A stretch of 64,000 nt of DNA from Pyrinomonadaceae bacterium (GCA_046313635.1 JBKBYA010000011.1:1-64000); one strand, 5' to 3'; shown: positions 39,526 to 49,819, numbered from the stretch's first letter. Program-made: numbers and translations. The notes: generated by a model not told the origin, from the letters alone.

Positions 39526-40825
39526 ATGAAGCTTCTTATCAAAAACGGCCACCTTATCGACCCCGCCGCATCTGAAAACACCGGCATGAATCTCCTCGTC
39601 GAGAACGGCCGCGTTGCCGCGTGGATACGGCCTACCGAAGCGCAGCCCGAGGATGTTGAGGTCTTTGACGCGAGCGGGCTGCTTGTTGCGCCGGGGTTCA
39701 TCGATCTTCACGTTCACCTGCGCGAGCCGGGTCAGGAGCACAAAGAGACGATCGCCACGGGATGCGCGGCGGCGGTTACGGGCGGATGGACGAGCGTCTG
39801 CCCGATGCCGAATACCAATCCCGTCAACGACAACGCCGCGATCACGCGCTACATGATCGAGCAGGCCGAGCACGCCGGCCTCGCGAACGTGTTCCCGATC
39901 GGCGCGATAACGAAATCGTCCGACGGCAGCGAGCTCGCCGAGATGGGCGAGATGAAGGCCGCCGGCGCCGTCGCCGTCTCCGACGACGGCCGGCCCGTGC
40001 CGAATGCCGGCATTATGCGCCGCGCGATGCAGTACGCGCGCGACTTTGATCTGCCCGTCGTCGATCATTGCGAAGACAAATCGCTCTCCTCCGGCGGCGT
40101 GATGCACGAAGGCAGAATTTCCCTGCTCCTCGGCCTGCGCGGAATGCCCGCTCTCGCTGAGGAGATCGACGCCGTCCGCGACATCATCCTCGCCCGCGAA
40201 ACGGGCGCGCACATTCACATCGCGCACGTCTCTACCAAAGGTGCCATCGAGGCCGTCCGCCGCGCCAAAAACGAGGGCATCAACGTCACATGCGAGGTCA
40301 CGCCGCACCATTTCTCGCTCACCGACGCCGCCGTCGCCGGTACGCGGTCCATACGACACCAACACCAAAATGGCGCCGCCGCTCCGCTCGGAAGAACATC
40401 TCGAGGCCGTCCTCGCCGGCCTCCGCGACGGCACGATCGACGCCATCGCGACCGACCACGCGCCGCACCACGCCGACGAAAAGGCTCTCGAATACGACCG
40501 CGCACCCTTCGGCATCACCGGCCTCGAAACGGGCGTCGGCCTCGCCTTCACCGAGCTTGTTCACAAAGGCGTCGTCGATCTCGTCCGCCTCGTCGAACTC
40601 TGCTCGACCAACCCCGCGAGAATATTCCGCCTCAGCGACCGCGGCACGCTCAAGCCCGGTTCCGTCGCCGACATCACCATCCTCGACCCCGACCTCGCGT
40701 GGACCTACGACGTCAACCAAACGCGCTCCAAGTCGCGCAACACGCCGTTCCACGGCCGCCAATTCACCGGCGCCGCCGTCGCGACCATCGTCGGCGGGAA
40801 GGCCGTATGGAGAATCAATTCATAA
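39526..40825 (+). pseudogene. pyrC: dihydroorotase, frameshifted near 40341-40351 (real lesion or assembly error)
   Basis: [20 protein letters not shown] and CEVTPHHF lie in one frame; [20 protein letters not shown] and SKSRNTPF continue in another. Confidence 0.9.
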
Positions 40826-40923
40826 GCCCGCACGGCAGTAAGGGGTAACGCGGCCGCGGTTGTCGAGCCGAGTGCTGAGGCGGTGAGAGTCACGCCCTTA
40901 CTTACTTACTTACGTGCGGGCTT
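40824..40923. repeat. second REP/REPIN-like doublet of the same family, right arm with (CTTA)n expansion
   Basis: AAGCCCGCACGGCAGTAAGGG ... CCCTTACTTACTTACTTACGTGCGGGCTT. Confidence 0.75.
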
Positions 40924-41024
40924 CCGCATCGCGACTCTGCTTACGGCGATCATCGATGCAGGTTCGCCTTCCCTTTCTTTCCCGCTATAATTTTCAAAAC
41001 ATTTTCTGGAGACAATTTTCATAA

Positions 41025-41789
41025 ATGGAATGGATCGCTGACCCGCAGCTTTGGATCGCGTTTTTGACTTTGACGGTGCTCGAGCTGGTGCTCGGGATCG
41101 ACAACATCATTTTTATCTCGATACTGTCGGGCAAGCTGCCCGAGGAGCAGCAGCCGCGGGCGCGTTTCATCGGGCTTGCGCTCGCGCTCATAATGCGCGT
41201 CCTTTTGCTCTTGTCGCTCTCGTGGATCATCGGCCTGACGGCGCCGCTGTTTGCGGTCCTTGGCCAGCAGGTCTCAGGCCGCGATCTCGTGCTTTTGATC
41301 GGCGGACTGTTTCTGATCGCAAAATCGACGCACGAGATCCACGGTTCACTCGAGGGCGAGCCGGGCAGCGAGGTCAAAAAGGTCTATTCCTCGTTCGCGA
41401 GCGTGATCGTGCAGATCGTGATGCTCGACATCGTCTTCTCGCTCGACTCGGTCATCACGGCCGTCGGCATGGTCAGCAATCTTTGGATAATGATCGCGGC
41501 CGTGTCGGTCTCGATCGTCGCGATGATGTTCTTTGCAAGGCCCATCGGTGACTTTGTTCATCGGCATCCGACGATCAAGATGCTCGCCCTCGCGTTCCTT
41601 TTGCTGATCGGCGTGACTCTGATCGCAGAGGGTTTGCACCAGCATATTTCGAAGGGCTACATTTACTTCGCCATGGCGTTCTCGGTATTTGTCGAGCTGC
41701 TCAATATGCGTTTGCGAAAGCACGCTCGGCCGGTACAGCTTCACACTCCCTATACCGACGACGCGCTACCCGAGCCCAAGGCCTCATGA
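41025..41789 (+). CDS. TerC-family integral membrane protein
   Basis: LELVLGIDNIIFISI, GRDLVLLIGGLFLIAKST, DIVFSLDSVITAVGM and HPTIKMLALAFLLLIG. Confidence 0.95.
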   Translation: MEWIADPQLWIAFLTLTVLELVLGIDNIIFISILSGKLPEEQQPRARFIGLALALIMRVLLLLSLSWIIGLTAPLFAVLGQQVSGRDLVLLIGGLFLIAKSTHEIHGSLEGEPGSEVKKVYSSFASVIVQIVMLDIVFSLDSVITAVGMVSNLWIMIAAVSVSIVAMMFFARPIGDFVHRHPTIKMLALAFLLLIGVTLIAEGLHQHISKGYIYFAMAFSVFVELLNMRLRKHARPVQLHTPYTDDALPEPKAS

Positions 41790-42628
41790 TACGAACATCC
41801 TTCGTCCTAACTATCATCGCCGCCGCCGTCGCCTGCTCCGCTCACGCGCAGACGGCGGCGGGCATCCGCTCGGTCGACTTCAAGAACTTCACATACTCAC
41901 CCTTCTGCGCCGGCGACAAGCCCGAGCGCGTCACCGTCAAGAATGGCGAATACTCCTACGAAAAGCAGGAGGCCGATTATGTCGATCGGATGTTCTTCCA
42001 GGTCTTCTCGATCAACTACGGCGACGCGACTGGCGATGGCAAGGACGAGGCGGTCGTCCTGACCGTCTGCAGCACCGGCGGGACGGGCAACTTTTCGGAA
42101 GGATTTGTCTATACGATGCGGGCCGGCAAACCGGTGCTCCTCGCCCGCATTCCCGGCGGGGACCGCGGCTATGGCGGCCTGCGTGGCGCCGGCGTGCAGG
42201 ACGGGCTGATCGTCGTCGATTCGAATGACGTCGGCGACACGGGAGCGGCTTGCTGCCCGGACTTTATCGTCACGACGCGCTACCGGCTGCAGGGCGGCAA
42301 GCTCGTTCGGTCGGGCCAGGCCGAACGCCGTCCGATCTATCCCGCACAGCGTGTCACTTTTGCTCGAGGCGCGAGCGGCGCGACGCTGAGGCTCCTGCTC
42401 CCTGCCGGCGAGGGCAAACGACTTATCGTCGGCGCACGGGCCGGACAGATACTGAGCGTCTCGACCGATTCCGAATCGGTTGATCTGCGACTGCTCGAGG
42501 ACGCACAGATAACACAGGACGTCGGCGGATTTTCCGCACGCCTGCCGAAGAGCGGCGACTATACGATCCAGCTCTCCAACTTTGAGAGCAGACCGCTGCC
42601 GGTCACCGTCAATATCAAGATCCGATAA
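41786..42628 (+). CDS. secreted hypothetical protein (two beta-rich domains)
   Basis: Signal peptide; YGDATGDGKDEAVV...C.TGGT and ACCP motifs; C-terminal ARAGQ.LSV...LPKSGDYTIQL domain; ATGA overlap with terC. Confidence 0.75.
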   Translation: MIRTSFVLTIIAAAVACSAHAQTAAGIRSVDFKNFTYSPFCAGDKPERVTVKNGEYSYEKQEADYVDRMFFQVFSINYGDATGDGKDEAVVLTVCSTGGTGNFSEGFVYTMRAGKPVLLARIPGGDRGYGGLRGAGVQDGLIVVDSNDVGDTGAACCPDFIVTTRYRLQGGKLVRSGQAERRPIYPAQRVTFARGASGATLRLLLPAGEGKRLIVGARAGQILSVSTDSESVDLRLLEDAQITQDVGGFSARLPKSGDYTIQLSNFESRPLPVTVNIKIR

Positions 42629-42647
42629 GACCAAGAGGATACGATCT

Positions 42648-44246
42648 ATGTTTCGAAAGCTCACTTCAATCTTGCTCGCGGTCGTGCTGCTCGCTGCCGC
42701 CGTGCCCGTAACGCCTGCCGTAACCGCCGAGCAGTACGACCTCGTCATCACCAACGCCCGCATCGTCGACGGCACGGGCAATCCGTGGTTCAGAGGCTCG
42801 ATCGCGATCAGGGACGGGCGGATCGCAAGGGTCGGATTCTTCGACGCATCGAGCGCGAAGCAGACGATCGACGCAAAGAACAGCGTCGTCGCGCCGGGCT
42901 TCATCGACGTGCATACCCACGTGGAGGACATTTACTCGAACCCGAGCGCCGAGAACTTTATCCGCATGGGCGTCACCTCGCTCATCACCGGCAACTGCGG
43001 CGGCTCGGCCGTCGATATCAAGAAGTTTCTCGGCCGCATGCAGACCACGCCGCTCGCCGCCAATCTCGGTACGCTCATCGCTCACGGCAGCGTTCGCTCG
43101 GCCGTCGTCGGGCTCGACAACCGCGCTCCTACCGCCGAAGAGCAGGCAAAGATGAACGAGCTCGTCGAGCAAGGCATGCGCGACGGAGCGGTCGGCCTGT
43201 CGACCGGCCTGATCTACGTTCCCGGCACATACGCCAAGACCGAAGAGGTCGTCGAGCTCGCCAAGGCCGCGGCCAAATTCGGCGGCGTTTACGCGAGCCA
43301 CATCCGCGACGAGGGCAACGGCGTCGCCGATGCGATCAAGGAGGCAATCAACATCGGCGAGCAGGCGAATATGCCGGTCGAGATATCGCACTTCAAGATC
43401 TCTTCGAAGGCGCTTTGGGGCCAGAGCCCGATGACGATCGGTCTCGTCAAGGCCGCTCGCGAACGCGGGCTGACGATAACGGTCGATCAGTATGCTTATA
43501 CGGCGTCGTCAACGTCGCTCGATTCGCGCATTCCGAGCTGGGCGATCGCCGGCGGCCGCAAAAAAGGCGTCGAGCGCCTCGCCGACCCCGCGACGCGCGA
43601 AAAGGTCGTCAAGGAGATGAAGGCCGATCTCAAGGAAAAGAAATTCAAGGACTACAGCCACGCGTACGTCGCGAGCTACGCGCCGAATCCCGAGTTCAAC
43701 GGCAAGAACATCGCCGAGATCACCCTCATGACACGTAAGAGCAAAAAGGTCGACGACCAGATCGCGCAGATCCTCGAGATGTACGAGAAGGGCGGGGCCG
43801 GGATGGTCTACCGCGTGATGGACGAGACGGACGTGCAGCGGATAATGCGCGAGCCCTTTACGATGATCGCATCGGACAGCGGCGTGCGTAAGTTCGGCGA
43901 GGGCGTGCCGCACCCGCGCGGCTACGGTAACAACGCACGCGTGCTCGGCCGTTACGTCCGCGAGCTCGGCGTCATCTCGCTCGAGGATGCGATCCGCAAG
44001 ATGACGTCTCTGCCGGCGCAGACATTCGGCCTGCGCGACCGAGGCCAGATCCGTGAGGGCTTTGCGGCAGACCTCGTGATCTTTGACCCTGCTGCGGTCG
44101 CCGACAAGGCGACGATGGAGCAGCCTCATCAATACGCGGTCGGATTTTCCGCAGTCATCGTCAACGGTCAGGTGGTCTTTGACGGAGAGAAGATGACCGG
44201 CGCGATGCCGGGTCAGCCTATGTACGGCAACGGTTACGGCAGATGA
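42648..44246 (+). CDS. N-acyl-D-amino-acid deacylase (D-aminoacylase) family amidohydrolase, exported
   Basis: APGFIDVHTH, GNCG, GLSTGLIYVPG, SHIRDE, ISHFK and PHPRGYG. Confidence 0.92.
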   Translation: MFRKLTSILLAVVLLAAAVPVTPAVTAEQYDLVITNARIVDGTGNPWFRGSIAIRDGRIARVGFFDASSAKQTIDAKNSVVAPGFIDVHTHVEDIYSNPSAENFIRMGVTSLITGNCGGSAVDIKKFLGRMQTTPLAANLGTLIAHGSVRSAVVGLDNRAPTAEEQAKMNELVEQGMRDGAVGLSTGLIYVPGTYAKTEEVVELAKAAAKFGGVYASHIRDEGNGVADAIKEAINIGEQANMPVEISHFKISSKALWGQSPMTIGLVKAARERGLTITVDQYAYTASSTSLDSRIPSWAIAGGRKKGVERLADPATREKVVKEMKADLKEKKFKDYSHAYVASYAPNPEFNGKNIAEITLMTRKSKKVDDQIAQILEMYEKGGAGMVYRVMDETDVQRIMREPFTMIASDSGVRKFGEGVPHPRGYGNNARVLGRYVRELGVISLEDAIRKMTSLPAQTFGLRDRGQIREGFAADLVIFDPAAVADKATMEQPHQYAVGFSAVIVNGQVVFDGEKMTGAMPGQPMYGNGYGR

Positions 44247-44336
44247 GGCGGCGCCAGCTGCAAAAGCAGAAGCTCCAACCCGCAAAGCTGGACGCCCGCC
44301 CGCAAACCAAGTGTGCGGCCGCACGGCCCGGCCGCA

Positions 44337-44377
44337 TAAAAGAAAAGGCCGCCGCTTGATGCGGCAGCCTAACTTTT
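44337..44377. terminator. bidirectional intrinsic terminator
   Basis: AAAAGAAAAGGCCGCCGC-TTGAT-GCGGCAGCCTAACTTTT. Confidence 0.75.
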
Positions 44378-44545
44378 CAGCTACTCATTTATGGTCAAGG
44401 GCATTGCGCCGACGAGACCTTAAGAGTGTTCCTGGAGGGCCGATCTCCCAAAGCTACTTTCCGGGCCGGATTTCACGTTCGGGCGGCTCGCAGGCCGGAA
44501 GCTTATTTTGCAAGTTTCCTTAGATTTCTGAACCGATTCAGTGTC
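44337..44545 (-). ncRNA. candidate ~200-nt small RNA, family unassigned
   Basis: Minus-strand TTGACA-18bp-TAATAT promoter (44579-44550) with upstream A-tract; U-tailed terminator ~200 nt downstream; no substantial minus-strand ORF between. Confidence 0.4.
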
Positions 44546-44654
44546 GACAATATTACAAAACCAGCGGACTCGATGTCAATATTTTTTTCTTTTTCGCGGC
44601 CGCTGTCGTTGCCTGGCGGACTGCCGTCACCGGCAATAAAGGCCGGGCCGGGAG

Positions 44655-44895
44655 CAGCGTTCATTCAATTTAATGCTGCCCGCTTTGAACCCCTCGACGA
44701 TAGACGTATCTAGTCTGAAGGTTCGCTCCGCAGCCCGACACACGTCATATAGAGGCAATCAGCGGTCCGTTTCAATATAAAAAAAAGACAGGCCATTTCC
44801 CCTGTCCTTAACTCGATCAACGCCGTCCCGGCTAGTTCGGAAGCGCCAGACCACCGAGACAGCGTTTATTCAATTTAATGTTAACCGCTTTGAAC
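44655..44895. repeat. 36-bp imperfect direct repeat (two full copies and one degenerate middle copy)
   Basis: 44655-44690 CAGCGTTCATTCAATTTAATGCTGCCCGCTTTGAAC; 44860-44895 CAGCGTTTATTCAATTTAATGTTAACCGCTTTGAAC (32/36); partial copy at 44760-44780. Confidence 0.8.
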
Positions 44896-45000
44896 TCTCC
44901 TGGTTCAGATTTCTCCAAATTCGGAGAATAAACCCGGTGATCTGACGTTGGACTTATACCATAGTTCGGTTTTGCCGAAAAGTCTGGACAAAGACCCGCC

Positions 45001-45888
45001 CTACTCGCCGCGATCAAAGAAATCGGCCGGCACCGCGGTCTCAAACGTAATGTTATTACGCGTTTGCGGGTGCGGGATGACCAGCCGGTGCGCGTGCAGG
45101 CACAGTCGCGGAAACGCTCGGCCGCCACGCTGAACGTCGCCGACGATCGGATGTCCCGATGCCGCACAGTGGATGCGGAGCTGATTTGTCCGCCCCGTCA
45201 CGGGCTCGAGTTCGACAAGCGTCGACGCGTCAAACCTCTCGATCACACGAAACCTCGTCACGCTCGGCTTGCCGTCCTCTTTAACGTCCCAGAACTTTCG
45301 CTCGGCAAATCGCCCGATCGGCAGATCGATGACGCCCTCGTCCGCGCCGACGACGCCGGCGACGAGCGCTGCATATCGCTTTTCGACCCGCCGTTTCAAA
45401 AAGCTCTCAGACAGCCGCCGGTGGGCGTCGATCGTACGAGCGACGACCATTAAGCCCGAAGTTTCTTTATCGAGCCGGTGTACCAGTCCCGGCCGGATTC
45501 GGTCGGCACCACCGTCGAGTTTGGAGTTGAGGTAATGCGCGAGGCCGTTCAGGAGCGTTCCGTGCTTGTCGCGATGCGTCGGATGGACCAGCATCCCGGC
45601 CGGCTTATTTACCACGAGCAGCCAGCGGTCCTCGAAAACGATATCAAGCGGAATGTCCTCGGCGCGCATGGCCGTGCCGCGCGAGAGGTCGGCCTCGACC
45701 TCGACAAAGTCGCCCGCGCGCAGCTTGCGGCCGAGATCGGCGAAGTCGCCGTTGACCTGGACCTTACCGTCTCGGACGAGCTGCCGCAGGTACATTCGGC
45801 TGAGCATATGCAGCCGCCGAAAGAGAAATTGGTCGAGCCGCTCCCGGCGGGCATCGGATCCGACTGTCAGATGTATCGTCTCGTGCAC
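45001..45888 (-). CDS. RluA/RluD-family pseudouridine synthase with S4 domain
   Basis: RLDQFL (S4), VVNKPAGMLVHP, VHRLDKETSGL, TGRTNQLRIH and GHPIVGD. Confidence 0.93.
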   Translation of the reverse strand: MHETIHLTVGSDARRERLDQFLFRRLHMLSRMYLRQLVRDGKVQVNGDFADLGRKLRAGDFVEVEADLSRGTAMRAEDIPLDIVFEDRWLLVVNKPAGMLVHPTHRDKHGTLLNGLAHYLNSKLDGGADRIRPGLVHRLDKETSGLMVVARTIDAHRRLSESFLKRRVEKRYAALVAGVVGADEGVIDLPIGRFAERKFWDVKEDGKPSVTRFRVIERFDASTLVELEPVTGRTNQLRIHCAASGHPIVGDVQRGGRAFPRLCLHAHRLVIPHPQTRNNITFETAVPADFFDRGE

Positions 45889-46030
45889 GGAATGGATGGG
45901 TACTTCGGCTCACGCCAGGGCCGCCTTCTTTGTTTATCATACGCCGCGGCACCGCCGCCGCCGGAATCGCACCTCCTCGACAACACTTCCGGCCGGAGTT
46001 TATCTTTGTCTTTGCCAAGCTCCGCAACCG

Positions 46031-48688
46031 ATGAATACCGATCCGCCTTCGATCCAGGATCCAGACGGCCTCCGACCCGACCCGCCCGATGCCGGACGCT
46101 TTCTCGACGATCTTTCGGTTCGCGATCCGCGTGAATTCAAGCGTCTGCAAAAGGACGACGCCCTGCGCTCCGACGTCGCGACGCTGGCGGCGTACAGCCC
46201 GCTGCTGGCGGCGACGATGCTGCAGAATCCGTCGTACATCTCCTGGCTCGGGCGTGAGCGTGCGGACATTCGCATCCGCAGCAAGGACCAGCTTCTCGAG
46301 TCGCTCGCGCGATTTGCGCTGACACATTCGCAGCTCGAGCCGCACGACCTGCTGTCGCGTTTTCGACGGCGCGAGCTGCTGCGCGTTTACCTTCGCGACA
46401 TCCGTCGTCTCGCGACCGTCAGCGAGATCACCGAGGAGATCTCTAATCTCGCCGACGCCGTGCTCGAGTACGCACTGCGCATCGCGACGCAGGAGATGGA
46501 TAACCGTTACGGCGGCCCGCAGACGCGCGACGCGCGCGGGCGGCTGCGGCCGGCCGTGTTTTGCGTCGTCGCTCTCGGCAAGCTCGGCTCGCTCGAGCTG
46601 AACTACTCGTCCGACATCGATCTGCTGTTTCTCTACTCCGACGACGGCGAGACGTCGGGTGCCGGCTCGCGCGGCAGCGTCACAAACCGAGAGTATTTCG
46701 TCAAGCTCGCCGAGCAGATCGTGCGCATTGTCGGCCAACAGTCGGGCGAGGGAGCGGCTTACCGCATCGACCTTCGGCTCAGGCCGCACGGCACGCTCGG
46801 TGCTCTCGCCATCTCGCTCGGCGACGCGGTCCGCTATTACCAACGCGACGCGCGAATTTGGGAACGCCAGGTTCTGATCCGCTCGCGAGCGAGCGCGGGC
46901 GATCTCGAGCTTTTTCGAGAGTTCCAGCGGCGCACGACGCCGCTCATCTACTCGAACGATCAGGATGTTGACGCGGCCTTAGCGAGCGTAAGGCTTTCGA
47001 AGCAGATGATCGACGTTCACGCGCGCGAGTCTGCAGGCTACAACGTCAAGCTCGGCCGCGGCGGCATTCGCGAGATCGAATTCATCGCCCAGGCTCTGCA
47101 GCTCGCGCACGGCGGACGCGACCGCTGGCTGCGGGCTTCGCACACGCTGATCAGCCTCTCACGGCTTGCCGATCGTGGTCTGATCAGCTCGCGGGAGCAG
47201 ACCGAGCTATTCAACGCGTACGATTTTTTGCGGCGGCTCGAGCATGTGCTTCAGATGGAGCACGGTCTGCAGACGCACACGCTGCCCGATGCCGGGCCGC
47301 CACGGCGGCTTGCCGCGGCGAGAATGGGGTATCGTGACCTGCAGGCCTTTGACGCGGAGATCCGTGAGCACACCGGGAATGTCCACGCCGTGTTTCGAAG
47401 AATATTCGGCGAGGTGGACACGACCGTTCCTGCCCCCGAGGACGAGTCATCTGCCGCGCTGCCGATGCCAAACTTCGCCGATAACCGAGAGAGGTCTCAC
47501 GCCGACCGCCGCGTGCCCGTGATCGCTCCCTTCTTCCAGCGTCTGCTCGAGTCGGCCAAGACCAGCCTCGTCGACCTTCCGCCGCCGTCGAACGAAGCCG
47601 AGATCAAGGCCGCGCTCGATCGCGCGGCGTCGAGCGGAGCGTTTCGCCAACGTCTCGCTGAAATTCGCCGCGTCTGGGCCGTCGAGATTTTGAAGATCGC
47701 CGCCGCCGATCTCGACGGCTCGATCACGATATCCGAGGCGAAGAGGCTGCAGACGGCTCTTGCCGACGCGAGCGTTGCCGCGGCGCTGAAGGTCGTCGCC
47801 GACGAACTGCTTCCGCTCCGCGATGCGCCGATGCGTCTGTCCGTCCTCGGCCTCGGCAAGCTCGGCGGCCGCGGCGTCGATCACGGATCGGACCTCGACG
47901 TGGTCCTGGTCTACCGGCCGTCTGACAGCGAGCCGGCCGACGATATGACGGACGCCGAATTTTACGCCAAGGCCGCGGAGCTTTTTATCACGACGCTCTC
48001 CGGCGTGACCCGCGACGGCAATCTCTATCGCGTCGACCTCCGGCTGCGGCCGTACGGCAAGAATGGCAGCAGTGTCATTTCGCGGCCCGCGTTTGCAGAA
48101 TATATCCAACGCCGCGCCGCGATCTGGGAATTGCTCGCCTACGCAAAGGTGCGTCACGCAGCGGGCGGCGAGGACGGCCTAATGCTCGAATCCGAAGTGC
48201 GGTCGCTCGTCCACGCACGCGCGGCCGCGACGCCCGCGCGCGAGCTGGCGTCGCAGACCGCCGAGATCCGCCGTCGTCTCGAGATCGAACGCGGGCGCCC
48301 TCGCGGCCGCTCAGAGATCGACATCAAGTACGGCGAGGGCGGCATGCTCGACATCTATTTTGCGACCCGCTACCTGCAGCTGCGCGACAACATTCCGGAT
48401 GACGACCAAACGCGTGCGACCGGCCCGGTCCTGGACAAGCTTCTCCGCCACGGCTCGATCGACCGGTCGGATCACGACGCGCTCCGCCGAGGTTACGAAT
48501 TCTTTTCCGAGCTCGACCACCACCTACGCCTCCTCACCGGCCGCACGACGCGACTGCAGCTCGCCAACCGGCCGCTCCTGGACGCGATCGCCGAACGAAT
48601 GCACCTGGCACGCCGCTCCGACCTGATCGAGCGTCTCTCACTGCTCCGGGTCGAAGTTCGGCAGGCTTACGAAAATGTTGTGAAATAG
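46031..48688 (+). CDS. glnE: glutamine synthetase adenylyltransferase/adenylyl-removing enzyme
   Basis: Two nucleotidyltransferase domains: LGKLGSLELNYSSDIDL, RIDLRLRP, NVKLGRGGIREIEF; then LGKLGG...GSDLDV, RVDLRLRP, DIKYGEGGMLDI. Confidence 0.9.
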   Translation: MNTDPPSIQDPDGLRPDPPDAGRFLDDLSVRDPREFKRLQKDDALRSDVATLAAYSPLLAATMLQNPSYISWLGRERADIRIRSKDQLLESLARFALTHSQLEPHDLLSRFRRRELLRVYLRDIRRLATVSEITEEISNLADAVLEYALRIATQEMDNRYGGPQTRDARGRLRPAVFCVVALGKLGSLELNYSSDIDLLFLYSDDGETSGAGSRGSVTNREYFVKLAEQIVRIVGQQSGEGAAYRIDLRLRPHGTLGALAISLGDAVRYYQRDARIWERQVLIRSRASAGDLELFREFQRRTTPLIYSNDQDVDAALASVRLSKQMIDVHARESAGYNVKLGRGGIREIEFIAQALQLAHGGRDRWLRASHTLISLSRLADRGLISSREQTELFNAYDFLRRLEHVLQMEHGLQTHTLPDAGPPRRLAAARMGYRDLQAFDAEIREHTGNVHAVFRRIFGEVDTTVPAPEDESSAALPMPNFADNRERSHADRRVPVIAPFFQRLLESAKTSLVDLPPPSNEAEIKAALDRAASSGAFRQRLAEIRRVWAVEILKIAAADLDGSITISEAKRLQTALADASVAAALKVVADELLPLRDAPMRLSVLGLGKLGGRGVDHGSDLDVVLVYRPSDSEPADDMTDAEFYAKAAELFITTLSGVTRDGNLYRVDLRLRPYGKNGSSVISRPAFAEYIQRRAAIWELLAYAKVRHAAGGEDGLMLESEVRSLVHARAAATPARELASQTAEIRRRLEIERGRPRGRSEIDIKYGEGGMLDIYFATRYLQLRDNIPDDDQTRATGPVLDKLLRHGSIDRSDHDALRRGYEFFSELDHHLRLLTGRTTRLQLANRPLLDAIAERMHLARRSDLIERLSLLRVEVRQAYENVVK

Positions 48689-48742
48689 CCGCGTGGCCCC
48701 GACGCTGTATCGCTCGACCTGTTATATGATTCACGGCTGGAG

Positions 48743-49819
48743 ATGAAGCTCGCTGTCCTTGCCTTTATTCTCGCTCTCTCGGTGACGGCTCAGTCACAGT
48801 CTCGCCGCAGCCGCGGTTATTCGGAGAGCGCCGCCCGTACCGAAAGGTCCTCGCCCACCGATCCGCGGCCGATGCCGCCGGCCGGGGACGACGACGTCGT
48901 CCGCGTCAAGACCGACCTGGTTACCGTGCCCGTCCGCGTCTCGTCGCGCGACGGCCGCGGTGTTACCGATCTCAAGCAGTCCGAGTTCAAGATATTTGAG
49001 AACGGCGTCGAACAGCAGATCGCATACTTTGCCGACGACGATCAGCCGTTCACGGTCGCGCTGCTGCTCGACATGAGCTACTCGACGGTCTTCAAGCTGC
49101 GCGATATACAGGTCGCGGCCGACCTTTTTATCGGTCAACTGAAGGGCGACGACCGCGTGATGATCGTCGCCTTTGACGAGAAGGTCCGCGTACTGTGCGA
49201 AGCGACGAGCGACCGCCGCGCGCTGCGTCTGGCGATCGAGGCGACGCGCGTCGGCTCGGGCACGAGCGTCTATGACGCCCTCGACCGCACGATCAACGAT
49301 CGGCTCCGCGGCGTGCAGGGCCGGAAGGCCGTCGTCCTGCTTACCGACGGTGTCGACACAAGCAGCCGGCTTGCGACGGCGCGTTCGGTGCTGCGCGATC
49401 TCTCTGAGACGGACACGCTCGTCTTTCCGATCCGTTACAGCACCTACGACGACGTACGAAAAAATCGTCAGAAGAATGCTCCGATCCTCTACGACGAAGA
49501 CGATCGTCCCTACGTCGCCGAGGCTCCGCCGACGATGGGCGAGCGCTCGGAGGATTACCGGTTCGCCGACCGTTTTCTCGAGCAGCTCGCCGAAGAGACG
49601 GGCGGCCGGCTGTACCGTGCATCGACAAATTCCAACCTCAATTCGGCCTTTGCGGCCATTTCCGCCGAACTTCGCAAAACATATAGTTTGGGTTATTATC
49701 CATCCGTCGAACGCCGGCCAGGAGAGAGTTATACGATCAGGGTGCGGATCTACCGGCCCAACCTGATCATCCGGGCAAGAGAGCGGTTCTTAGGTTCGCG
49801 CGGCGAAACCCCCAGATGA
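48743..49819 (+). CDS. secreted VWA-domain protein (acidobacterial type)
   Basis: DVVRVKTDLVTVPV, FENGVEQQI, LLLDMSYST (MIDAS-like), RKAVVLLTDGVDTSS, LAEETGG and YSLGYYP. Confidence 0.9.
   Translation: MKLAVLAFILALSVTAQSQSRRSRGYSESAARTERSSPTDPRPMPPAGDDDVVRVKTDLVTVPVRVSSRDGRGVTDLKQSEFKIFENGVEQQIAYFADDDQPFTVALLLDMSYSTVFKLRDIQVAADLFIGQLKGDDRVMIVAFDEKVRVLCEATSDRRALRLAIEATRVGSGTSVYDALDRTINDRLRGVQGRKAVVLLTDGVDTSSRLATARSVLRDLSETDTLVFPIRYSTYDDVRKNRQKNAPILYDEDDRPYVAEAPPTMGERSEDYRFADRFLEQLAEETGGRLYRASTNSNLNSAFAAISAELRKTYSLGYYPSVERRPGESYTIRVRIYRPNLIIRARERFLGSRGETPR

Noticed and set aside
44655..44895. CRISPR array
   Set aside because: Only two good copies 205 bp apart, a degenerate middle copy and no cas genes; kept only as an unexplained repeat.
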